A stretch of DNA of 64,000 nucleotides from Blepharisma stoltei ATCC 30299 (lineage: Eukaryota > Protista > Ciliophora): assembly GCA_965603825.1 (NCBI GenBank), contig CBFDEM010000060.1:124001-188000 (forward strand), written 5' to 3'. A program made the position numbers and the translations under genes. The notes under the pieces are model-generated. The model was not told the DNA's origin and did not search any database. It saw only the letters and a program-made list of their open reading frames with translations. Positions 24,450 through 40,500 of the stretch are shown here, piece after piece. How positions within the stretch are numbered: position 1 is the stretch's first letter; each line of letters opens with the position of its first letter.

Positions 24450-27400
24450 TTATCCTCCATGAGTGTATCTTCTAACTATTCCTGCTTGAGCTTCTTCTCC
24501 TTTTCTTGCAAAGTCATTGAAAATCTGCTCCAAAGAACTTTGAGACAGGGCATACTCAGAAATTTTCAAAGCTTCTTTATTCATTTCGACTGCTGAGAAA
24601 AAGTATCCAATTGATTTGTCCTCTTCTTTTGCAATCTTGAACTTATAAAGCGATGAGAAATGTTCAATAATTTCGACTTTTTTGAATTCACTTTTAAGCC
24701 ATTCATAAATTTTATCGCCAAGCTCTTCAATAATAACCCAAGCCACTAAAGAGTCTCTTGATATATATCCATCTACCTTTAATTGCTGATGTAAAGCAGA
24801 GCCTGCACCTTTTTCGTGAATTTCTTCATATAAATTTTTTGCATCAAGGGCTTCTAAACATGGTAAAACTTGGTTTTGCTTAATGGTTGGCTCTCCCATA
24901 AGTATACGATCTAGGCTTACTGCTTTATCATTAACCTCGAAATGGCTTGGAATGGCCACTTTTGCTTCAAATTCATAACGGTCTCCATATTTGCTCTTAA
25001 TCCAGGTAGCGGTTCCAAGACATCTAAGTCTTCCAGCAACCATAATAGCCATACGATCGCTTAACGCTTCTGCTTCTTCCATAGAGTGAGTCGTCAAAAT
25101 AACTGAAGAATTCTTTTTCTTGATATTCCCGATAACTTTCCACATTTTTTTTCTAGTTTCTGGGTCCATTCCTGCAGAAGGTTCATCTAAGAAAACTACT
25201 GTTGGATTTCCAATAAGAGCCATCGCAACTGAAAGTTTTCTTTTATTGCCACCAGAATAGGTTCCTGCCAAAATATCAGCATATTGCCTTAAATCCATTT
25301 GATCTATCATTTCTTCGACAAGTGCTTCTCTTCTATCTTTCGGAATTCCTTTGATATCTGAGTATAATCTCAAATGTTCTCTTGCTGTAAGCAGCTCAGA
25401 TATAGCATCAAATTGAGGGCAATAGCCGATTAACTCTCTTGCTCTATCAAGTTCAGTAATGACATTATGTCCACAAATGTAAGCATCACCTGTTGTAGGA
25501 GCAATTTCACCAGTAAGCATTTTGAAAGTAGTTGTTTTTCCAGCTCCATTCACTCCTAAGAATGCAAAACATTCTTGTTGGCTTACATTGAAGCTCACAT
25601 CTTCGACTGCTGCAAAAGCTTTATTCAGTCCTTGTCTGAAGATTTTTCTGATCCCTCTAACATTGACTTGAACATCCTTAGGATCGACACTTAGAGCAGT
25701 TTGTGCTTCTTTTTCGACATCATCGTCAGCTTCATACTCAGAAGGAGCAACATGAGGAGCTTTCCAGAATTTTTGTAAAATTTTTGGATGAGTTTCTAAA
25801 TATTCTTGAACATAAACAAGGAACAAATAAAATGGAACTGTTATTCCAAGCATTAAAATATCAGCCCCAGCTGAGCCTATATCAAATGCTTTATATAAAC
25901 TGCTTTTTTCATCCCAATTTGAGTAAGAAGATATGCTTCCTAAATCCATTAATCCGTTCCCATAGCAAAAAGCTGGACTAAGTCTGAAAATTCATCTAAG
26001 AACTCTACCGAGAGGTCTTGTGGACTCAAAGAAATACAGAACAAGTATAACTGCTGGGAAAATTCCTCCTGCAACAACGTTGAAAAGAATAGTAGCAACT
26101 TGTGCAGTTGGATAATTTTTGAAGAAAAAGCTACTAAAATAAGTGAATGGGGCTATAGAAATCCCATAAAGAAGCATTAGCACCCATATAGCTCCATATG
26201 TTTCATCAGGATCAGTAAAGCTTTTTATGCCAAAGGCTTTAATCATAGCAGCACAAATGACACCTGGGAATATATGCTTAACAGAGTCCCAAAAGAAGTT
26301 AGCGCACCAATAAGAAAACCTTGAAACTCCACTAATCATATGCTGATGCTTGACATTAGTTTCTCGCTCTTTTACAATTAAAGCTATAATACCTGTCGGA
26401 ATAAAGCTAAATCCTAGCGAAAAGACTATTGAAGCCAAAAACCCATCTCCGACTCCTTTTAGATCTTCCACTTTTTTAGTATAAGGAAGAGGGTAGTTAT
26501 AAGCAGTTATTGTTACACCATATTTTGACAAAATTTCGTTAGAAAGCTTGTTGTAGTAGACTCCAGTTGCTTGAGGTGCTGATTGATTGTGGAAAATAAC
26601 AGCTTGATAATGGTCATTAGTAGTATCCATGTTTTTCAAAAAATACGAGCCCATTCTATAATGCTCAGGATCATCACGGGTCTCAAATAAGAAATAATCA
26701 AAACCTTCAATTGTACCATTAATATTTGCAGTTTCAGTACTTTGATATTGTGACCAAGCTCCAACATTAGCGCCAGCTGGTCAATAATACAATGTATCTT
26801 GAGGCTCAGAGTATGACGACTCAGTTAACCGCTTCTTATGAGCAGGAGGGAAACTATCTCCAATCTTCATTAGCCCTAGACCAACTATGACAAGTACAAT
26901 CGGTACAAAAATTTCATAAACTAAGCTTTTTAAATCTCTTTTCGACCAGAAAACTCTCTTTTTAAGCAGAGTGTAAAAATGGCTAAAAAACAATGATCCG
27001 GTCAGCCTATCTCTTGACAAAACAAAGTCATTTTCTAGCTGAGCATCGTTTTCATTTTCTCTTTGTGTTTCGTTTTCTTTTTTAGCGATTTCATTATCAT
27101 CTCCTCTTGCAACCCTCAGAAATACTTCTTCTAGAGTTGTTACAGAGACACCGTAAGATCTTAATTGCAAATTTTTCAGATTTTGGTCAAGAGCAGTGAA
27201 AAAAGTAGTGAATTTGCTTGAACTGGAATTAGGGATTTGAAATGAAATTTCAGCATGAACGTCACTCATAATTGAAGCTTCAGGAATGTATTCTTGTATG
27301 AAATTTGCCACTGACTTGGTATGAGTTTTGCTTGCAACTCCGACTTCTTTAACAATAGTTAAGTAATAGCCTACACCATAGCGTTTTTTCAAGAAAAGAG

Positions 27401-29651
27401 AACTGCCAAGGCATCGGAGTTTTCCATGAGACATAATAGCAATTCTATCTGCTAAAACATCTGCTTCCTCCATATAATGGGTAGTTAGAATAATAATTCT
27501 ATTGTTCTTGTTATTTTTAAGCATATCCCACATTTGCCTTCTTGCAGTTAAATCCATTCCAGAAGTTGGCTCATCCAATAATACAATAGGAGAATCAGCA
27601 ATCAAAGCCATTGCAAGGGATAATTTTCTTTTCATACCCCCTGATAAAAATTTAGACTGTCTATCTTTTTTGGCTGTTAAATCTACTTCTGTAAGTTTTT
27701 CTTTAATTTGTTGGTATATTTCTTTTTTATCCTTCATTCCTTTGAATATAGAGAAAAGGTATAAGTGCTCCTCTGGTGTCAAATCATTAAATAGAACATT
27801 GTGCTGAGGACAGACCCCAAGAGATCTTCTTATTTTGTTAAGATCTGTAGATAAATAATTTCCATTGATTTTCATATCCCCATAAGTTGTTGTAATTAAT
27901 CCACACATCATCGAAATTGTTGTAGTTTTTCCAGCACCATTATGGCCTAGTAAAGCAAAAATTTGTCCGTTATATATATCTAAGCTGATATCTTCAACAG
28001 CTGTTTTTGTACCAAATATTTTTTTGAATTTCCTTATAAGCAAAACTTTACCATTTTCTTTTTGTTTTTCTAAGTCTTCCTCTACTTTTTCAACATTATC
28101 TCCCCAGTCAATTTCTTCATTAAATAAATCTTCATGTGCATTCTTTTTACTTGGACACCAAAATGTTTTTGTGAATAAAAAGTACCAAGGTCTTTTTACG
28201 CCCCACTCAGTAGGCCAAACCTGATCTAAATATAGAGCTAAAATTGAAAAAATTCCTGAGTCAATAACCAAAAATGCAATACAGGTCCCAAATGTATAGT
28301 TATTTACTTCAGAGTCTGTATTGCTATCTTGGACTCCAACTTGACCATTTTCCATTTGTGCGAGAACATCACATCCTAAAGTTAAAGCAATATTAGGTAA
28401 TAATGATGCAGCAGTTTTGCTACCCTCATCTAAAGTAGGATCAGTGACAGCAAAACTTATAAAATAGCTTATCAGAAAAGCCATAAGGCCTAACATTACA
28501 GCACTACGAGACTTGGAAAAGAACATACTGATAAAAATGCTGAAAGTCATACAACTAATCCCATACAGCCAGAAAAGTAAAAACATCATGCCTGGAGCAC
28601 TATATTTGAAAAGCCCGACTGATATTATAGCGCCAACGATTGCGATTATTGTGTATATTGACAAATAATAAGTAATCCACGAAAGCCAGTAAGCTTTATT
28701 AGAAAGTCCCATAATCATCATCATTTCTTTGATTTTGTATTCTTTTTCCTGGACTATTAAAGACAACATTCTGCATACTGGAACTAAATAAGAGATGACT
28801 ACAAAGAATGGGAGAAGCCCTGAAATAGCTGAAATAAACCCATCAGAAGTATAGTCATCATAATACATTGGAACAAAACCAGCTGCGAAATAAGCATTTG
28901 AATTTGAAGAGACATCTTGAAGAATAATGTTATCTATATAGTTCATCATATGCATGAAGTTGGTGCCAATATACTGGTACTGGAATTTAGGCTGTGGCTC
29001 TCTGATGAGTTTATCAACATTTTGATGGTTTAGAAAATCAAAAATATCTATAAAGTCGCCCAAATTCCTTCCTCCTGACCCGTATGATTCTGTTGTATTA
29101 AATCTGAAGCTATATTTAATATTTTTGGAGTCTTTGCTATAAAAGACGACAGCAAAACAAATTTTGTCATCATCTTCATAGTCACTATCGGTAATATAGT
29201 TTTCTAAGTCATCTTCAGAATCAAAGCGGTCAACTAAATAAGGATAGCCTGTGCCATCACCTTCAACTTTGATTTTATCTATCAGTTTAGTAATGATAGT
29301 TTCTGAATATGGGTCTTTATATTCGTTGACAAAAACGATTTTCCATCTGTCATCTTTACGAAAGTAGTCTCTATAGTAATTTTCGTGGTCTTTCGGAAAG
29401 TCTGGAATTTTAATTATTGGGTCGAAATACTGGCCAAAGTAGTTGTTGCCGTCATAGGAGACAGTCATAGCTGATTTATAAAGGTAAGAGTGCTTGTCAT
29501 AATCTGTATAGCTCACTGCACTTCTTATAAGTAGTAAAACAATTAGTAAAGCGATAGGAAAGAGAAATTCACAGATTGAACCACACAGTCTTCTCTTCCA
29601 TAGGATTCAATTCTTGTATAAAAGTGCTCTATAGTGTTGCCAAAGAGACAT
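24450..29651 (-). CDS. ABCA: ABCA-family full transporter, copy 4 (1733 aa)
   Basis: 5202 bp in a single frame, with 3 TGA (25992, 26781, 29607) at paralog Trp positions. Confidence 0.94.
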
Positions 29652-30792
29652 TTTATTATATAAAGGATGAATTTTTTTGGAGAATTTCTGGACATCTAAT
29701 AAAAACGACGGAGAAGAGGAATCTAGTTTTTTGAATGCAATGCCTAAATGCAATTCAATAGCTCTTAATCTTAATAAAACTCTTAGACTAGATCAGACTT
29801 CTTCTAGATTTTATGGTTTAATTTCATATTTTTGGCAACTATGGAACTATCGTAATATTAATCGAAAAAGCTATAGAGAAAATAGAGATTATTTCTTAGA
29901 TAAGAAGATTCAATGTAATTTATCTATTTCAAAGAAAAGCATTTGCAAAATATAGAGTTTATTAAAAAAAATTTTTTAGGGTCTTTATAATTTTAATTCC
30001 ACCTTCGGTCTTGGCTTATTGACTATAAAAACTAGAAGGTGTCTTTTTTCTGGATTTTGATTTATTGATAGTAAAGGTTCAGGTATTTTAAAAAAAAGAT
30101 AAAATTTTTAAGGCTAGATTGAGAATAAATTAATAAAAGTATATGAGCAATAAATCTTTCAGATTTGCTGGATTTAATTTAGGGAACTTATTTAACAATA
30201 CTTCATAATTCTTAGACAGGAGCATTAATTTTCCCATTTTAAGTTTAAATAGAAATTTTGTAACTAACTATTTTTGGATCCAAACTCAATATATTTATAG
30301 CGAAATGCATATAATTTTTTGCAAGCAATTAATTTGTATTATCCAGATTTTAATATATTTTATTTGAAAACTCTTCTTTTAATTTTGAAACAATTTTTTT
30401 TTATAAATTTTTAAACGAAATAATAAGTTAAAATTTGATTTATTTTAAAAATATTAAAGCTTCTCCTGAAATCTGCATTTATAATTAAAATTAAGAATTG
30501 AAAAATCTCAATTTATTATCAAAATCTAAAAATAAATTAATTTCAAAAGACTATGATTTTTTGATTTTAATTTCTTTTTATGCTTTTTATATTTAAAATT
30601 TTAGAATAAATGTGCTATTCGAGATATAATTAAACTATCATGAGCAGGAAATTTATGCTCAAAAAAAGACTGGCAATTATTTTTAATCCGGCAAAGCTAT
30701 ATACAATTCTTAAGATGCTATGAATATTTACTGGACTAAATAATTTCGCTATTTTAATTCTTATAAAATGGTTAGCTAGTTTTATCAAAGTT

Positions 30793-33700
30793 TTATCCGC
30801 CATGAGTATATCTTCTAACAACTCCGGCTTGGGCTTCTTCTCCTTTTCTGGCAAAATCATTGAAAATTTGTTCTAATGAACTTTGAGCCAATGCATATTC
30901 AGAAATTTTAAATGCGTCTTTATTCATCTCCACAGCTGAGAAAAAGTATCCTATCGACTTTTCCTCTTCTTTAGCAACTTTGAACTTAAAGAGAGATGAA
31001 AAATGTTCAATAATTTCAACTTTCTTAAATTCACTCTTAAGCCAATCATAAATTTTGTCACCTAGCTCTTCAACTATAACCCAGGACACTAAGGAGTCTC
31101 TGGATATTACACCATCCACCTTTAATTGCTGATGCAAAGCAGAGCCTGCTCCTTTTTCGTGGATTTCTTCATATAAAGCTTTTGCGTTAAGAATTTCTAG
31201 ACATGGCAAAACTTGATTTGCATTTATAACTGTCTCACCCATAAGGATACGATCTAAGCTTACTCCTCTGTCGTTTACTTCAAAATGGCTTGGGATGCTT
31301 ACTTTGGCTTCGAATTCATAACGATCACCATATTTGCTTTTAATCCAGGTAGCGGTCCCAAGGCATCTCAGTCTGCCAGCTACCATAATTGCCATACGAT
31401 CGCTTAAAGCTTCAGCTTCTTCCATTGAATGGGTTGTTAAAATGACTGAGGAGTTCTTTTGTTTAAGGTTCCCAATGACTTTCCACATTTTCTTTCTGGT
31501 TTCTGGGTCCATTCCTGCAGAAGGTTCATCTAAAAAGACCACTGTTGGGTTTCCAATGAGTGCCATTGCAACTGATAGTTTTCTTTTATTACCACCTGAA
31601 TAGGTTCCTGCCAATATATCAGCATATTGTCTTAAATCCATTTGATCTATCATTTCTTCGACAAGTGCTTCTCTTCTATCTTTAGGAATTCCTTTGATAT
31701 CTGAATATAGTCTTAAATGTTCTCTTGCTGTAAGTAGCTCAGATATAGCATCAAATTGAGGGCAATACCCTATCAAATCTCTTGCTCTATCAAGTTCAGT
31801 ATTCAAGTTATGCCCACAGATATAAGCTTCCCCAGTTGTAGGAGCGATTTCTCCAGTCAACATTTTAAAAGTAGTTGTTTTTCCAGCTCCATTTACCCCT
31901 AAAAACGCAAAACATTCTTGTTGATTTACATTAAAGCTGACATTTTCTACTGCTGCGAAAGCTTTATTCATTCCTTGTCTAAATATTTTTCTGACTCCTC
32001 TAACATTAACTTGGACATCTTGAGGATTTATACTTAGCGCATTTTCTGCTTCTCTTTCGACATCGTCATCAGCTTCATACTCAGATGGAGCTACATGAGG
32101 AGCTTTCCAGAATTTTTGTAAAAGTTTTGGATGAGCTTCTAAATATTCTTGAACGTAAACTAAGAATAGATAAACAGGGATCATAATTCCTATCATTAAA
32201 ATATCAGCACCAGCAGAACCCATATCAAAAGCATCATATAAGCCGTCAACTTCATCCCAATTTGAATAAGATGATATGCTTCCTATGTCCATCAACCCAT
32301 TTCCATAACAAAATGCTGGGGAAAGCCTGAAAATCCACCTAAGTACTTTTCCAATAGGCCGTGTAGACTCAAAGATATAGAGGATCATAATAACAGCAGG
32401 GAAAATTCCACCAGCAACGACATTGAAAAGGATTGTAACAACTTGTGCAGTTGGATAACTTTTGAAGAAAAAGCTACTAAAATACGTAAATGGTGCTATG
32501 GAAATTCCATATAAGAGCATTAAAACCCATAAAGCTCCATAGCTATCATCAGGGTCAGTAAAGCTTTTAATATCAAAAGCCTTGACCATGCCAGCACAAA
32601 CAACGGCAGGGGCGATATGCTTAATAGAGTCCCAAAAGAAATTGGCACACCAATAGGAAAATCTAGAAACCCCACTAATCATATGCTGATGTTTTACATT
32701 AGTTTCTCGCTCTTTTACAATTAAAGCTATAATGCCAGTAGGAATAAAGCTAAATCCTAGCGAAAAGACTATCGATGCTAAAAATCCATCTCCAACTCCT
32801 TTAAGATCTTCTACTTTTTTGGTATAAGGAAGAGGGTAATTATAAACTGTTACAGTTACTCCATACTTTGACAATATTTCATTAGAAAGCTTGTTGTAGT
32901 AGACTCCAGTTGCTTGAGTGGCTGTTTGATTGTGAAAAATGACAGCTTCATACTGATCATTAGTAGTGTCCATATTTGTCAAATAGTATGAACCCATTCT
33001 ATAATGGTCAGGAACTTTGCGAGTATCAAATAAAAATTGATCAAGGCCTTCTATTGTGCCATTAATATTTGCTGTATCAGAGCTTTGATTCTGCGCCCAA
33101 GTCCCAACATTGGCACCTGCTGGCCAGTAATAAATTGTATCTTGAGGTTGAGAATATGAGGACTCAGTTAAGTGTTTTTTATCAGTAGGTGGGAAATTAT
33201 CTCCAATTTTCATCAAGCCAAGTCCAACAATTACAAGGATAATTGGAACAAAAATTTCATAGACCAAGCTTCTCATATCTCTTTTAGACCAAAATACTCT
33301 CTTTTTCAATAATGCCCAAAAATGGCTAAAAAATAATGATCCTTTTAGTCTATCTCTCGATAAAACAAAATCATTTTCAAGCTGAACCTCATTTTCTTTT
33401 TCAGCTTCATGGCTTTTTTTTGCGATTTCATTATCATCTCCTCTTGCAACCCTCAAGAAAACCTCTTCAAGAGTTGTTACAGAGACACCATAAGACCTTA
33501 ATTGCAAAATTTTCAAATTTTGATCAAGAGCAGTAAAAAATGTAGTAAATTTGCTTGAACTAGAATTCGGGATTTGGAATGAAATTTCAGCATGGACGTC
33601 GCTCATTATAGAAGCTTCAGGAATGTAATCTCTAATAAAATCTGTGACTGATTGAGTATGCGATTTGCTTGCTACTCCTACTTCTTTGACAATAGTTAAA

Positions 33701-35988
33701 TAATAGCCAACTCCATACCGTTTTTTCAAGAAAAGAGAGCTGCCAAGACATCTAAGTTTTCCATGAGACATAATAGCAATTCTATCTGCTAAAACGTCAG
33801 CTTCTTCCATATAGTGGGTTGTTAGGATAATGATCCTATTATTTTTGTTGTTTTTGAGCATATCCCACATCTGTCTTCTTGCAGTCAAGTCCATGCCTGA
33901 TGTAGGCTCATCTAGTAGTACAATAGGAGAATCAGCTATTAAAGCCATTGCAAGGGATAATTTTCTTTTCATACCCCCTGACAAAAACTTAGACTGCCTA
34001 TCTTTTTTAGCAGTTAAATCTACTTCTGATAATTTTTCTTTGATTTGCTTGTAGATTTCTTCTTTGTCTTGCATTCCTTTGAAAATAGCGAAAAGATATA
34101 AGTGCTCTTCAGGAGTTAAGTCATTGAATAAAACATTGTGTTGAGGGCAAACTCCAAGAGACCTTCTTATTTTATTAAGATCTGTTGATAAGTAATTTCC
34201 ATTTATTTTCATATCTCCATATGTTGTTGGTATGAGTCCACACATCATAGAAATTGTTGTAGTTTTTCCAGCACCATTGTGACCCAATAATGCAAAAATT
34301 TGTCCATTATATATATCTAAGCTGATATCTTCGACAGCTGTTTTAGTACCAAAAACTTTTTTAAAGTTCCTTATAAGTAAAGCTTTTCCATTCTCTTTCT
34401 GCTTTTCTAAGTCTTCTTCAACCTTTTCAACATTATCTCCCCAATTAATTTCTTCATTAAATAAATCTTCATGGGCATTCTTTTTGCTAGTTACCCAAAA
34501 GGATTTTGTAAATAAAAAGTATCAAGGTCTCTTTACTCCCCACTCAGTAGGCCAAACCTGATCAAGGTAAAATGCAAGAATTGCAAAAATACCTAAATCA
34601 ATAACGAGAAATGCAATAGAAGTCCCAAAAGTGTAGTTATTTATAGTTGAGTCTGTATTATAATTTTGCACTCCTACTTGGCCATTTTCCAGTTGTGCCA
34701 AAACGTCAATGCCTAAAGTCAAAGCAACATTAGGCAATAGTGATGCAGCAGTTTTGCTACCTTCATCTAAAGTTGGATCAGTGACTGCAAAACTTATAAA
34801 ATAGCTTATCAGGAAAACCATAAGCCCTAGCATGACAGCGCTGCGTGATTTGGAAAAGAGCATGCTTATTAAAATACTGAAAGCCATGCAGCTCATCCCA
34901 TATAGCCAGAGGAATAAAAATATCATTGCTGGACTGCTGTATTTGAAAAGGCCAACTGAAATAATAGAGCCTACAATTGCAATGAGTGTATATATTGAAA
35001 AATAATAAGTAATCCATGAAAGCCAATAAGCTTTATTGGAAAGTCCCATAATCATCATCATTTCTTTGATTTTGTATTCCTTTTCTTGTACAATTAAGGA
35101 TAGCATTCTACACACAGGTATCAAGTAAGAAATGACAATAAAAAACGGAAGAAGCGTAGAAATGGATGTAATGAAATCATCTTCTGTATATTTATCATAA
35201 TACATAGGAACGAAGCCTGCTGCAAAATGAGCGTTTGAATTTGAGGAAACGTCTTGGAGTATAATGTTATCTATATAATTCATCATATGAATGAAATTTG
35301 AGCCAATATAGTGGTATTGGAAGCTTGGCTTTGGTTTTCTGATAAGTTTATTAACATTATGATAGTCCAGGAAATCAAAAATGTCAATATAGTTTCCCAT
35401 GGTTCTTCCTCCTGATCCATATGATTCTGTAGTATTGAATCTGAAGCTGTACTTTATATTTTTGGAGTCCTTGCTATAGAAGACTACAGCGAAACAAATT
35501 TTGCTATCATCTCCATAGTCGCTATCCTTTATATAGTCCTCTAAGTCATCCTCAGAGTCATAGCGCTCGACAACATAAGGGTTTCCTGTGTCATTTCCTT
35601 CAACTTTTATTTTATTTATGAGCTTATTTATGATAGTTTCTGAATATGGTTCTTTATGCTCGTTTATGAAAACTATCCTCCATCTTTCATCTTTCTCGAA
35701 GTAATCTCTATAGTAGTTATCATGACCTTTTGGAAAGTCTGGAATCTTGACGGGAGGGTCGAAATAGTGGCCAAAATAGTTATTCCCATCATAGGAGACA
35801 GTCATTGCTGACTTCTGAAGGTAAGAGGATTTCCCATGATCGGTAGTGCTTATTGCGCTTCTTATAAGCATCAAGACAAGGAGTAAGGCTATCGGAAAGA
35901 GCCATTCACAGATAGATCCACATAATCTTCTCTTCCAAAGAATCCAGTTCTTGTATAGTAGTGCTCGGTAGTGTTGCCAGGTTGACAT
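30793..35988 (-). CDS. ABCA: ABCA-family full transporter, copy 5 (1731 aa)
   Basis: 5196 bp in a single frame, with one TGA at 34522 in KRP(W)YF. Confidence 0.94.
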
Positions 35989-37533
35989 TTATTATAAAAG
36001 CCTAAAAACTTTGGAGAATTTCTGAACAACAAAAAAAAATCTGAATAGAAGAGATTTTTAGAGTTTGAAATATAATTTTTAGTGCAAGTAAATATTGCTT
36101 TATTTATATAAAAACTTAACGTAAGGCCTGTCTTTGTTTGGTTTTTATGGACAATCTTCATATTTATGTTGACAAATGGAACTAGAAGAGGCCTTTGAAT
36201 AGTGTTTTTGTTGGAAAATAAAGAATTATTATTTTTAGCTAAGAAGAAGCAAATTTTTAAAGTAATTTTGTTTTGATAAAGTAGAAAAATCTAAAATTAT
36301 CAATATTCAACGTTTTTTTATAAGCATCCTTTGAAGATAATTTTTTTCTCAACAGAAAAGTCATTTTATGTTTAGAAGTGATAAATTCTCTTCAATTGCT
36401 AAGAGCTTGGTTTGCCTAAGAGCCAGAGTTCATCATCACCCGTATTATGATAATGAAAATTTTTTGAATTCCAAAAATTTTAAACCTTGAAAGAGTAGAA
36501 GCAAATAAATTTAGAGTGCGAAAATCTAATAATAACTAAGATTTGTCATCATATACCTAAATTATAAATATTTTGATACGATGTTCGTTGCTTGAGTTTT
36601 GTAACGATTTTCTGTTTTGAAAAATATTAAAAGGAATAAAGTTGAAACTACAGCTTCCAGTCCAAATTTTAATCAACAAATCTACTATAAATATTTTAAA
36701 GTGATAATTTATAACTCTCGATTAAACAGCAAGCCTAGAGAGTTGCATTTCAAGTAGTCTTAACTTTATTATAAATGCAAGCAAAGAAAATATTTGGAAT
36801 GGTTGAAAAATAAAATTTAAAGATTATTCAGCGAAATCTTTACTAATTTTCTATTTTATAAATGCTTCCTCTTATTCTAGGGTATTTAAAAGTTTTTTCT
36901 TATGAAAACAAAAGTCGATGAATAAAATTTTTATGAATATCTCTATATTCTATTTAATTGGAAACAAATATAAACGAGTTCATTAATTATGCTCGAATAA
37001 TTTGAGTAAAATATTTAATTTATACATATTAATAGTGTTTTTAGATATAAAACTCTATAAATACTTTGATTTTATACTAAGTTCATTTATAAAATTTTCT
37101 CCAGAAAACATTTCCGATAAGTATGAATTAATTTTATTAAAATGGAAATTTATTATTAGCTTCAAAATAAAATTATTATTATGAAGCTGAATAAAAAAAT
37201 CAGCCTTTTCTAAATGCAAACATTCTTCAATGCTTATAACTAGTTTCTTGATATAAAAGATGAAGATTTCACTTGAATTGTTGCAAATCAAGTAATGCTG
37301 AAACAAATATATTGAAAATGTTCATAAAAATTCAGTTTTTTGCGTTTTTAGTTTTTTCAATTTAAGATAATTATTAATTATGTAAAAAATTCCTATAAAT
37401 TTGGACTGTTTTGAGGAGATACTTTTCTGTGTAAAATTAATTTTTAATTAATATAATTTATATCATAAACCCTTTTTATCGAGGTTAGGAATTTTAATAA
37501 ATGTTGATATTAACTAGTAATTATCTATTTTTT

Positions 37534-40500
37534 CTATTGACCATGAGTATATCTTCTCACAATTCCTGCTTGAGCTTCTTCTCCTTTCTTGGCAAAATCA
37601 TTGAAAATTTGTTCTAAAGAACTCTGAGACAATGCATATTCAGAAATTTTAAATGCGTCTTTATTCATCTCCACAGCTGAGAAAAAGTATCCTATTGATT
37701 TGCCTTCTTCTTTTGATATCTTGAACTTATATAGTGAAGAGAAATGCTCAATAATTTCCACTCTCTTGAATTCGCTTTTAAGCCACCCATATATTTTATC
37801 ACCAAGTTCTTCCACAATAACCCAGGAAACTAAAGAATCCCTTGATATGTATCCATCTACTTTTAATTGTTGATGCAAAGCAGAGCCTGCCCCTCTCTCA
37901 TGGATTTCTTCATAAAAATCTTTTACGTTGAGGATCTCTAAGCATGGTAAAATCTGATTTGAATCGATAACTGTTTCACCCATAAGGATACGATCTAAAA
38001 CCATTCCTCTATCATTTACTTCAAAATGGCTAGGAACATCAACTTTAGCTTCAAATTCATATCGATCACCAAATTTGCTTTTAATCCAGGTAGCAGTCCC
38101 AAGACATCTAAGTCTTCCTGCGACCATAATTGTCATGCGATCACTTAAAGCTTCAGCTTCTTCCATAGAGTGAGTTGTCAAAATAACTGAAGAATTCTTT
38201 CTCTTAAGGTTTCCTATGACTTTCCACATTTTCTTTCTGGTTTCTGGGTCCATTCCTGCTGAAGGTTCATCTAAGAAAACTACTCTTGGATTCCCAATAA
38301 GCGCTATTGCAACTGACAGTTTTCTTTTATTCCCTCCTGAATAGGTTCCTGCCAAAATATCAGCATATTGCCTTAAATCCATTTGGTCTATCATTTCTTC
38401 GACAAGTGCTTCTCTTCTATCTTTAGGAATTCCTTTGATATCTGAGTATAATCTCAAATGTTCTCTTGCTGTAAGCAGCTCTGAGATTGCATCAAACTGT
38501 GGGCAATAGCCTATTAACTCTCTCGCGTTATCAAGCTCAGTATTCAAATTATGCCCACAAATATAAGCCTCTCCAACTGTTGGAGCAATTTCACCAGTAA
38601 GCATTTTAAAAGTTGTCGTTTTTCCAGCTCCATTTACTCCTAAGAATGCAAAACACTCTTGTTGGCTTACATTGAAGCTCACATCTTCTACTGCAACAAA
38701 AGCTTTATTCATTCCTTGCCTGAATATTTTTCTTATTCCTCTGACATTAACCTGAACATCTTGAGGATTTACATTTAAAGCATTTTCTGCTTCCCTTTCT
38801 ACATCATCATCAGCTTCATATTCTGATGGAGCCACATGAGGAGTTTTCCAGAATTTTTGAAGCAATTTTTGATGAGTTTCTAAGTATTCTTGAATATAGA
38901 CTAAAAAGAGATAAACTGGGACCATAATCCCAATCATTAAAATATCAGAGCCGGCTGAATCCATATCAAAAGCTTCATACAGACCATCTTTTTCATCCCA
39001 GTTCGAATATGCAGTTATACTTCCTAAATCTAATAATCCATTTCCGAAGCAAAATGCTGGGCTTAGCCTAAATATCCATCTAAGCCCTCTTGCAAGAGGT
39101 CTTGCTGACTCGAAGAAATACAAAATCATGATGACTGCTGGAAGGATCCCACCTGCAACGACGTTAAAAAGAATTGTGGCAACTTGGGCAGTTGGATAGC
39201 TCTTGAAGAAAAAGCTGGTAAAATAAGTAAAAGGGGCTATAGAAACACCGTACAGGAGCATGAGCGCTCAAACTGCTTCGTATGTGTCATCAGGATCTGT
39301 GAAAGTTTCTATATCAAATGCTTTGACCATAGCAGCACTTATAACTGCTGGGAATATGTGCTTAATGGAATCCCAAAAGAAATTAGCACACCAATAGGAA
39401 AACCTAGAAACCCCACTAATCATATGCTGGTGTTTTACGTTTGTTTCTCGCTCTTTTACAATCAAAGCAATAATGCCTGTTGGAATAAAGCTAAATCCTA
39501 AAGAAAAAACTATTGATGCTGCAAATCCATCTCCAACTCCTTTCAAATCTTCCACTTTTTTGGTATAAGGAAGAGGATAGTTATAAACTGTTATTTTTAC
39601 TCCATACTTGGCAAAAATTTCATTAGAAAGCTTGTTGTAGTAGACTCCAGTTGCTTGAGGAGCTGATTGGTTATGGAAAATAACTGCTTGATATTGATCA
39701 TTAGTAGTATCCATATTTGTCAAATAATAAGAGCCCATTCTATAGTGATCTGGATCTTTGCGAGTATCAAATAAGTATTGATCAAAGCCTTCTATTGTAT
39801 TATTTATACTGCTAACAGCCTCAGAGTTTTGATATTGTGACCAAGGTCCAACATTGGTTCCAGCTGGCCAGTAATAAATTGTATCTTGAGGATCTGGGTA
39901 TGAGGATTCTGTCAGCTTCTTTTTATCAGTAGGTGGGAAATTATCTCCAATTTTCATCAGGCCAAGTCCAATAATGACTAGCACAATTGGGACAAAAATT
40001 TCATAGACTAAACTTTTCAAGTCTCTTTTCGACCAGAAAACTCTCTTTTTCAATAATGCCCAAAAATGGCTGAAAAAGAGTGAGCCTCGTAGCCTATCTC
40101 TTGATAAAACAAAATCATTTTCAAGCTGAACCTCATTTTCTTTTTCAGCTTCATGCTCTTTTTTAGCGATTTCATTATCATCTCCTCTTGCAACTCTCAA
40201 GAAAACCTCCTCAAGGGTTGTGACAGAGACACCATAAGACCGTAATTGTAAATTTTTCAAATTATTGTCAAGAGCAGTAAAGAATCTAGTAAATTTGTTT
40301 GAGCTTGAATTCGGGATTTGGAATGAAATTTCAGCATGGACGTCACTCATAATAGAAGCTTCAGGAATGTAGCCTCTAATAAAATCTGTGACTGATTGCG
40401 TATGTAATTTGCTTGCAACTCCTACTTCTTTGACAATAGTTAAATAATAGCCAACTCCATAGCGCTTTTTTAAGAAAAGAGAGCTGCCAAGGCATCTTAG